DNA of 64,000 bases, taken from NCBI GenBank assembly GCA_905178155.1, contig CAJINV010000014.1:1753984-1817983 (forward strand), in the 5' to 3' direction. The first letter of the stretch is position 1. Each line of letters opens with the position of its first letter. This DNA comes from Amoebophrya sp. A120. Its lineage: Eukaryota > Protista > Dinoflagellata. The translations under genes and the position numbers were made by a program. Positions 55,301 through 64,000 of this stretch are shown one piece after another. The notes beneath the pieces were generated by a model. It had not been told where the DNA came from. It saw nothing but the letters and a program-made list of their open reading frames with translations, and did not search any database.

Positions 55301-58300
55301 GGGGCCTTTCAACCCCGAGGGCTCGTGGTAGGCGACGTCATCATTTTGATTGCCGCTGTTAGAAGTCCGCTGGTCTTGCTGTTGACGGTCTCCAGTGCTG
55401 ACGAACTGGTTCGGAAACGCGCCGCATTTATCGAGGGAAAAAAATTCGTGGTCGTGGGGGGACGCTGTGTAGAAAGACTGGCGAAACAGCAGTTGGGCGA
55501 TGCTGTCGGGCTGTTTGTTGGCGACGAGATCCTCCATCGTGTGCTTTTCAACTTCCGGATACACCACAACGTGTTGCGTCGGCGACGTGTTGTGCAGAAA
55601 ATGGTGGAGAAACGAATGTTCGGGCAAGTCCGGGCGGAAGGGGGAGCGCGAATCGGGTACAAGTCCTCGTCTCGTGGTCCGCTCGTGCTTGGCCTGATTG
55701 TTGCCCGGCGCAGCCGCGCGTTGTACCTCGGAAGAAGAAACTGTGCCGAAGTTGAAGGAATAGGCACCAGCTCCATGATCTGCGCTTTGCTGTGGGAAAG
55801 AGACCGGCTTCGCAAAGAGGTAACACCGCGTGTCGAACCGCTTGCGGCGATCCGTCAGGGTTTCCTCCGCGGCCGGCGCGGTGCTGGTCGTACTGTGGTC
55901 TCCGAACGTGCTACTAGCTCTGCTTTTCTCGTCGTCAACAGCTTTTTTCATTACAGGGGCTTTCGCCTTCTGCTCAACACCTACCTGCTCACCAGTTCCA
56001 CCCACGACGACGTCAAAATTCCCCGCTGATGTTATCTCTCTATCGTCTCCAGGAGATGACGTTGCTGCCCGAGCTTGCTCCTTCATCTTCTCCAAAAATT
56101 GTGGCAAATCTGCAGTGAAATGCTCCATTTCCTCCGATCCAGGCACCGTGATCATGCTCAGAACCGGGTAGATGGCGTTGTAATTTTTCACTGGTTCATC
56201 TACTTTGGATGAAGTAAACGCGGCGAACGCGGGAGCTACTTGTAGCTGATCCACCGACGACGACGTCGACGCAACTGCGTTACGACCTCCGAGTGCCGTG
56301 ACAGTGTCGGGGTCAGCCTCAACATCTCCTGTTCCTCCAAATGAGCCTCCCACATCGGGGGCACTGAGATGAAACGTAGAAGTACCACGCGTCCTCCCGT
56401 CGACATCCTCGCTTTGGTGCTCGTCGTTCGTGAAAAAGATTACCGGTGCGTAGCTGTTGGCCAACCGCTTGTTTTTCCGCGCGATCAGCACGCTTACGTC
56501 TATTCCCTTCTTCACCTCTTCCCCCCGTTCGGCCAAAAACCTCTCAAAGTCCGCGTCCCGCCACACAAAATGCTTCCACGCTAACCGCCTCCGCGCGAAC
56601 CACTTTAGCTTCTCAAACCGCGTCGCGACCGGGTCCTTGCTCCACTCCGGAATCCCCGTATCAAATGTAAAAATGTCTGGGTCTGGAAGAATTCATGTTT
56701 GTCATGCTTGTCTGGCGTGACTCTTAAATCTGTCATGCACGTTACCTAAGAGCTCCGTTTTTTTGTGATGCAAAAGCGCAGTTTGTCATGCAGAATAGGC
56801 AACACCTAGGAGCTCAGAAATTTGTCATGCTGCGCCAGCATTTGCAGCCTCATCATGAGACGCCACCCAGCATTACAAGTTTCCAGACCCAGACATTTTT
56901 ACATTTGATACCCCGGCTGGGTCAGCAAATTTTGCCAGCACTTCCGCCAACAGGACCCGAGGTTGGATTTCGTATGGTTGTGTCAGTATTGAAATCGACA
57001 AAGTTGAAATAATTTGTAATGCATAAAATCGATACCAGTTGGAAGCCCAATTTCCAAGCGGTGCATGACAAATTTCGGCACCGTCTAAATCCAGTCTGTC
57101 ATGCTGTTTAGGGACAGAAGGCGTCTTTTGTCATGCTACTTTAGCAGCTCTACCGCAGACCCCAAGCATGCTCACGGTCGGCCTTGCTTGCCGCCCCTGC
57201 AAAAGAGGCACTTCATGCCTTGCAATTTGTGCATAAGAAATTCTTTCAACTTTGACGAGTTCAATCCTGACGCTTCCATATTTCGGGATGGGTCCGTAAA
57301 AGTTCTCTTCGTACTTCTGCCCAAAAGGCATTTTCGAGGTCGTGGCCCGGAAATACAGCTTGCATAACGTCTCGGAGTGCAGGATCTCCTGCTGCTTGAT
57401 GGGCTCAGGGTTGAAGATTTGCTCTTCTTTTTCTTCTTGTTCTTCCTCCTCCGCTGCTTGTGGTTGACCTGCTCCTTCTTCGCGTCTCGCTGTGGAATCA
57501 AGTAGATGTTCTTGCCCAACATCTTCTACATCGCCGTTGGTGTTCGCACCCGACATGATCCTCTCATTTGCAGCTGAGCCAGACGCGCTAGGGCTAGTAC
57601 CCGGTTGAGGGTTAGTACGATAATTACCGGTGCCAGCAGCTGTACTAGTCTCACGTCTTTCCTTTTCCTCTTCCAGTGCGCGATTTTTTAAGAACAACAT
57701 TTCTTCCGTTCTCCTAGTCTCTTCCATTTCTTCGAACTTCTTCAAAATCTTCGGCTCCTCCGCCTTCAAATTGAAGGCCAGAATGTCCGCCGGGTTCGCC
57801 TTTTTCCCACGCATAAAGCTGTCCACGTCGGAAAGGTGGGTGTGTTTGGAGAACGCGGACAGGCAAACCGTGATCGGCTTCAAATCCGATTTTCTCAACA
57901 CTGGGAGCGATGGATATGCTTTGGCGTTGCTGTTGGTTGGTGCTGCTGGGGGAATAGATGTAGTTCTTGCAAGAGTTTGATCACCTCCACCTTGTTCAAA
58001 CGAAACCACTTTGCTGGCCGGGTCTTGTGGTCCTGCGTTTGTCGTGCCGGCGGAGGTTGATGGAGCGACGACAACTAGGCCGTTGTTGTTAACACCGTCA
58101 CCCGCGTTCCTACTACTTGCCCCCCCTTCTGCCTCGGACGGGTTACTACTCTCGACGTCCCCCTCCGCAGCTGAAGAAGACGAGTCTTCTGTCGAGCTGC
58201 CACTTGCCGAGCTGCTACTCCCACCTGACGAGTCGCTGCTGCTCACATCAAACAAAACGTTCCGCAAATTCTGGAAATCGTGCGGCATCTCCCGCAAATC

Positions 58301-61300
58301 TGTCTTTCCCAGCAAGTATTCCTGCCACTTCTCCTGGAAGAGCCGCGAGCTATGCAAGAAAAAAAGTGATGAGAGTGAAGTGTAACTTGTTTGTGTTGCA
58401 TTCTTGCGCAGCGAAACACGAATTAACAGGTATCTTCGCTTCTCATGCTCGACAAGCATCGTAGGCGAGTCCCATAAAGTGTTGCGTTTTCGCGTACTAT
58501 CTGCGCATGACAAGTTTTTGCTGTCCAACCGGGAGATCGATGGATATTTGTCGTGTATGCTGTTTTTATCACAAAAAAGTTCCACTAACACGACAGCCTT
58601 TTTCATCCTGGGTACGAGTGTCGGTCTTCGTAGTCGGCCTGCAAGTTCCTCACCCCATTCGGGTCAATGATCGCCAAGATCTGCAGGGCCTTCGGATCTT
58701 TCAGTTGGATCCACCACTTGCCTATGCATTGCAAATATGTCTGGGTCTGGAAGGCAGTAACTTGTGATGCCAAGTCTACACCCTGGAAAAATCTGTGTTG
58801 CATGACTGCCAAGAGTTGTCCACCTTTGAACAAGTTGAGAGCGAGTTTCTCGTGCAGGACCGGCATGATATAGATCTCAGCGAATCTGTCATGCCAGGTC
58901 CTGCATTCCAGACCTCATGGGTCATGGAAAATCTGCATGACAAGCTCCCACGCTTCCAGACCCAGACATATTTGCAGTTGATATTGCCCTTGGTGCTGCT
59001 CTCCACGGACAGCAAGTTCGGAACGCCTTCGTTCGCCGCTTCGCGTTGGATGTCGCCCAGCGTCAACTTCTCGATTTGCTGCTTCAGCACATCCATATCC
59101 CACTTGTATTCCTTGCTGTACTATGAACTGCAAAAGTATCGCACTCGTATAAATGCATTTCTCAGCATATGCGGATTTAGCTAAAACAAAAAGATTTGTA
59201 ATGCATGACTGCAATACGAGTACGATACTTTTGCACAGGATATGTACCGCCGCTGCCACTGCATTCGCGTCCTCGCCTTGATCAGAAACTGAAAGTTCAA
59301 CCGCAGCGAGGTGGAAGTGGTGAAAGTCAGTTTGTGGATTTTGTTCGGGTCCTCCGCGAGTTCTTCTGGGTCGATAGGGATCGGTGTCTTAATTGTCGTT
59401 TTCACAACTTGGATATGAGAGTACACAACTTGATGTTCACCCCGACAACTCAAACTCCGTCACTTGCATGGTCTCTAGTAAAGTAATAGATGCAATAAAA
59501 GCGCCGTGGCGACGTAGCTTCAGCGGCACCACTGGTCCTAGAAATCGTAAATGCGAACAATTCCAGGTCCACATCCAGAAGAGAAAGATTGAGAATGATC
59601 AAGTCGGTATCTTGCATGACAAATCGCGGGAAAAAGTGAAAAGAAAGATTGTGCACTCTCGTATTGGATCCGCACGTCGCCAAGAATTTCCATCACCCCG
59701 TCATTGCGGACGATTTTGTCGGGCTCCTGTGGCGGGTCTTCTTCGGTCTGGTTGTCGACGTTGTTGTAGGCAACTGCATTATTGGCACCATCGTCTTCTT
59801 CCTCACCAAGACCTACGACTTGCTCGCTCACGCCGGGTTTGATCGTCACCGTTTCTGGCTCGATTGTGTAGTACGAGTTTTCATCCAGGAACCGGTGTCC
59901 GGGAAGCGGCACCTCCTGGATGTCCACGTCCGCCAGCATTTCCGCCTTTTTCGCCTCCAGAACGAACAATTTCTCCCGGACCTTCTGAAGCCCGGCGCGG
60001 TAGGGTTTCAGCGGATTGGTTTTGTTTTTCATCACCCCCATATTAGCCATCACACCCAGCGCCTGCATCTTCTTCGCCATACCGGCAAAGTATGCGGAAT
60101 ACAAATCTAGCGCGCATGGAGACGGACGTTCTTGATCATGTACGAAATGCATACACGAATTTGCGCATGTTAGTCCCTGAAGAACCTTGAGTTTCTTTCT
60201 TATGATGAGTTGCGCAATGAGAAGATCACAGGAGAAAGCGCTAGGGCAGAGCCCTGTTTATGCACGCGCGACATTTGCGAAACCCAAACCACCGACGCCG
60301 TGCCCAAGCAACCAATACCAAGCCCATGCGCGCTAAATCATGATTCCTGTGCATAGAAACGTGACCTGCTTTTTCTCTTTCGGGTTTTCAACCTCAACGT
60401 CGTCAGCATCCCCGACGTCGCCGAAGTAGCGCTTCCCGAACAATTTGCGCTCGAGCTTCTTCTCCTGGTCCCGCAACTTGCCCAGCGGCCCCTGCTCGAA
60501 CTCGATCTCAATCTGGTACTTTTTCTGCTTCCGCTTGTGCGCAATGACCAGCGCGGCGAGGTCGGGTCCGCCGAGGAAGTAGTACTTCAAGTCCACCTTT
60601 GGTAACGCCGAGTAGGGATAGAGAAACTCCACAACCTCCTTCAATTCTTCCTCCGGATTATTTAGATGTGGGTTCGTTTTTTGCCCTTTTCGGTCGGAAG
60701 TAGTGCCACCAGTATTCCTCGCGGCCAGTGTTCGTCCACCCCGCTTCTGCGGTGCTTCCGCAGCTACAGGTTCGTTCACAGGTACCATTTTTTTCCGCAA
60801 CAGGGGTTGGATCCAGGAGAGGCGGGTGATTCTTCTTTCTGAGGTCAAGTAATCTTTGTCAAACAGACCGTATTTCAAATCGAACAAATCCTCCTTCGCG
60901 CTCTCGAAGCGCTCCACGCTGCCGAAGTCCGTCACAATCTCCCGTTTCCGCGAGATCTCGCTGGAGAAGAGAAAGTAGTCGCTCTCCGACGCCTTCGGGA
61001 GCTTCGCCGTCTGCTTGTGTTTTTCGCGAAACCATTCCTGAAATCCCGTCCAGTCCGTGTGCAACTTGGTCTCGTCTTTCTTGTTTATTTTGGAGGTGTT
61101 ATTGTTTCCGCCGGCGGCGGTAGTAATTGCGGCAAGTTGTTGGCCGCGGTCTTGAAGCTCAATGTGGTGCAAGTTGGACGGGGAGGATATTTGGTCCGGG
61201 CCTACAGCAAATTGCTGCTGCTGCAGCACCGTACCGGTGCCAGCTGTCGAGAACGACACAACGGCGTCGGTACTATGGGATCCCCCGGCGTCGCTCGCAG

Positions 61301-63190
61301 CTTTCCCAGTTGAACTCGCTGGCGCAATTTTGTTCGAAGGCGAGGAGGAAACGCTGGTGATTGCCATCGCCAACCCGGCCGAGTTGGTGCCTCCAGATGT
61401 TGCTGGACCGGCGCCAGAGGTCGTGGCATTTCCTCTTTTGTTGCCACCTCCGGTCGTGGGCGAAGTTTTGTTCTTTGCACTCGTCTGCCCTGAGGTGGAC
61501 TTACCACTCGTCCCACGTCCTTGCTTGTTCTGCGTAGAAGTCGGAGCCCGCGCACCTCCTGCGGCGCCTTGCGCTGTCGCTCCGCCCCCCGTCGCGTCTG
61601 CTTCGCCCGCCCCTGCTTGCTCCAGTGCGAGTTGCTTTTCCGCCTGTTTCCGCTTCCACACTTCCTCACACTGATCGAAGTACCATTGGAAGCCCTTCTT
61701 GGCGTCGTCGTAAAAATCTTCGCGGAGCGTCCGCGGATCAAAGTACGTTTGCTCGTTCAGCTTACCGCGGATTACCAGGTTTGTGTAGATCTCTCCGGTG
61801 TTCACTACTCGGACCAGGTCGGTGTCCCGCTTCGGCTCTTCTATCGGGAAGGGGGGGAGAAAAGCCGAATTCGAAGAAAACATTTTCTGCTGATCGCCGC
61901 CTGGATGTTGACGTTGACCTCCTGTTGTACTTCTACTTGTGTTCGACGTCCCACCGCCCAGCGAAAGTTGCAGCTGTTGATTTTGGTTTCTATTCGAGTT
62001 ATTTGGAGAAGCAGTAGCAGCCCCTGTCCCTGAGTTATTTGCAGCTTTATTTGACACGCCACCACCCGCCTTCTTGACGCCTTTAACATTCGAGCTGTTT
62101 TTATTTCCTCCTCCTGCACTACTACCACTTTTCCCCCCGCCACTAGAAGTCGCACCGGTATTCGTCAAGGCAGAGAACACCATCGTTGCAGCGGCTTTGA
62201 GTTTCGCCTTTGCGCCTTTGGCGTTCGCAAGTGTAGCCCCAGTTGTTCCATCTTTGTCGCCCGTGGCCTGTTTGCTTTTCATCCCTTCCGCCTCGATCTC
62301 CAGATTGCGGTCGATCCGGACCTCCATCAGGATGCCTTTGTAGTCGGTGTGGGAGGGTATGATGTTGCGGGTGGAGAGCGGGTCGTCGAGACACTCGCAG
62401 CACTGCACTTGAAATTTTTTTTCCGATAATTCCTCGTCGTTCATGATTTCCACCGCCTCCTCGCTGTACCAGCCCGAGAACACCCTTCGCGGGAAGACGC
62501 GCAGATTCGGGTCCAGCACCCGCTTCACCTTGCGGATTATGCAATGCAAATTTATAATTCCCGCTTATGGAGGACACACAAAGACATCAACTTGTCATGC
62601 AGAATTGGCTTGGAAGGTAAGTTCCGTCATGCAGACGCCGTGTTTGTATTTGTACTATGTAGTTGTTCTTGTAAGGGAATATCACTACATTTCCTGTGGA
62701 TACGGATCCGCAACAGTACATCGGCCGCGCTCTTCACTTTACGAGAAAAGTTCATGAGCTTGCCCATGGTGCCGATCGTGCTGCTGGTCGTACTCGACGG
62801 GCGCGACCCCGCCCCGCGCGTGCTGGGCCGAGACTTCGCGGCATTCTCGTAGTCGAAGAACGCCCCTTTGGTGTGGATGTCGGTGAAGACCGCTTGCGTG
62901 TTGTCCGGCGTTTTTCGCAGCTGCTTCAAGCAGGCACGGACGTGCTTCAGCTGGCTCACCGTCTGATCGGCGTACGGGACCCGCATCCGGCTGCCGGTGC
63001 CATACCGCAGGATTTTCTCGTACAAGTCGTCCTCGAGCTTCTGCTCAAATTTCTCGTAAAATCGCAGGGTCCCAAACTCGTACAGTGGGGGTTTGCGCTG
63101 GGGCGGTGGCAGTTGCGGTGGCGGCTGCGGGCTGGGGGAAGCCGAAGCGCCATTTTCGAAGGAAACCGGCAGCGGCACCTCCTCCGACAT
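52348..63190 (-). CDS. Large protein of unknown function (roughly 2,500 aa), interrupted by 9 introners and a retroelement insertion
   Basis: ORFs 62627-63223, 60333-62549, 59538-60152, 59181-59453, 58776-59096, 57131-58606, 55247-56566, 52646-53626 and 52355-52618 abut elements at 62538-62702 (DR cggat), 60091-60355, 59414-59663 (ttgga), 59122-59242 (tgtac), 58723-58983 (ttgcc), 58351-58614, 56973-57280 (tttcg), 56659-56910 (ccccg), 52607-52754 (gttgg). Not every junction was frame-checked. Confidence 0.6.
52607..52754. mobile_element. Introner family A, DR gttgg
   Basis: TIR and exact DR. Confidence 0.92.
53672..55302 (-). mobile_element. Internally deleted retroelement (Lys/Ala-rich ORF1 start fused to DIRS/Ngaro-type RNase H C-terminus), flanked by a 55-bp exact direct repeat
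   Basis: DR 53617-53671 = 55303-55357; ORF MPAKAKAKHPAKAK...; FWSLCARFAIVPYFEWLPSGENVADATTR resembles the tyrosine-recombinase-retrotransposon RNase H motif. Confidence 0.7.
56659..56910. mobile_element. Introner family D, DR ccccg
   Basis: Perfect TIR tatcaaatgtaaaaatgtctgggtctggaa. Confidence 0.93.
56973..57280. mobile_element. Introner family B, DR tttcg
   Basis: TIR and exact DR. Confidence 0.92.
58351..58614. mobile_element. Introner family F, DR cgagc/cgagt
   Basis: tatgcaagaaaaaaag start. Confidence 0.68.
58723..58983. mobile_element. Introner family D, DR ttgcc
   Basis: TIR and exact DR. Confidence 0.92.
59122..59242. mobile_element. Introner family A, DR tgtac
   Basis: TIR and exact DR. 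Confidence 0.92.
59414..59663. mobile_element. Introner family H, DR ttgga
   Basis: TIR and exact DR; restores VRIQ-VVKTT. Confidence 0.85.
60091..60355. mobile_element. Diverged introner
   Basis: tatgcggaat...attcctgtgcata; joins KQVTF-AGMAKK. Confidence 0.6.
62538..62702. mobile_element. Diverged introner, DR cggat
   Basis: Exact DR; joins LLRIR-KVKRV. Confidence 0.8.
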
Positions 63191-64000
63191 GAGTACTTTC
63201 GTTTCCGCCGGAACAAGTATCAAGGTTCCGGCTCTTCCCCTGCCCTAGGAGGTGGTGACTGACGCTCCCGCGCTAGAGGGTCGTGGTCCCCTGTACTAGC
63301 AGGTGGTGCGTCTTGTCGGCGCCGACATGGGTTAACTTTACCTCTAAACGACACAGCATGGCATTTGATGTTCAACTGGAGGGCGAACAGATAACTGACG
63401 ATCATGAAAGAGCGAAGACAGACAGTTTTCCGAGATCACGGCTTATAGCATCTTTACCAGTGGCTACCAATTATGATGAATCATGTAAATTTACAAAACA
63501 ATGGAAAAATCATGTAAATTACAATTTTATGGAGTAATTACAAACCGCGTTGAATGGATAGGGATAGCAGGAGCCCCGAGACCGTAGCAGATCACATCAC
63601 GATGACAGCTGTAGACCACGACTAGCATGATAACGGGACGCTCGGGCTCGCGAAGATAGAAGAAACTCTTGCTCTTATAGCTGAAGAACGACAACGACTG
63701 AGACGATCACGATACATACGATGCATGGTGGCAACGAAAACACTCAGCGCGCCTTTCCCTGGAAGAGAAAGGGGCCACCAGAGCCAGTTCTTGTACCTTT
63801 TTTTCCATCTCACAGCATAGGCACCTCCGTCTGAAACGAAGAAACCTACGAATGTTCGATGCAAATAAATAGCGCTGGACAATATCTGGATTTTCGGACA
63901 AAGTGAGTTTCTCGCGAGGTCGCGCTGCTGCACCAACCTCTAGCGCCCAAGGACATGGCTCGTCTTGTTAATCTTCTACATGTACATGTGGAATCAAACT

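Noticed and set aside
62330-63010. Inositol 5-phosphatase/EEP-like motifs (RVPYADQ, SHTDYKGI)
   Set aside because: Similarity too weak to call without a profile search

Overview
Eukaryotic genomic DNA, most likely from a parasitic dinoflagellate of the Amoebophrya/Syndiniales type. That assignment is inferred from co-oriented genes, low-complexity insertions in proteins and massive numbers of non-canonical repeat-like introns. All eight or so genes are on the minus strand: (1) a >2,500-aa membrane-anchored EF-hand protein with >20 RxL motifs, running off the left edge; (2) an SGNH/GDSL hydrolase; (3,4) two tandem paralogous secreted/membrane EF-hand-like proteins containing isolated in-frame stops; (5) a very long organellar-type ribosomal protein uS5; (6) a divergent HSP70; (7) a lectin-like C-terminal fragment beside an assembly gap; (8) a large unknown protein. 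The main system is a set of >55 transposon-like introns (introners) from at least 8 unrelated families. They share one architecture: 5-bp direct repeat (DR) | TAT...terminal inverted repeat (TIR)...ATA | 5-bp DR, plus a common internal GCATGAC/GTCATGC motif. Removing the element plus one DR restores the reading frame in most cases I could check, including all seven in HSP70. The elements occur in both orientations, nest inside each other and coexist with ordinary GT-AG introns. Also present: a 1.4-kb hairpin tandem-array element with compensatory base changes inside one introner, and a deleted retroelement flanked by a 55-bp exon duplication. Exon/intron coordinates were read by eye and can slide within the DR.
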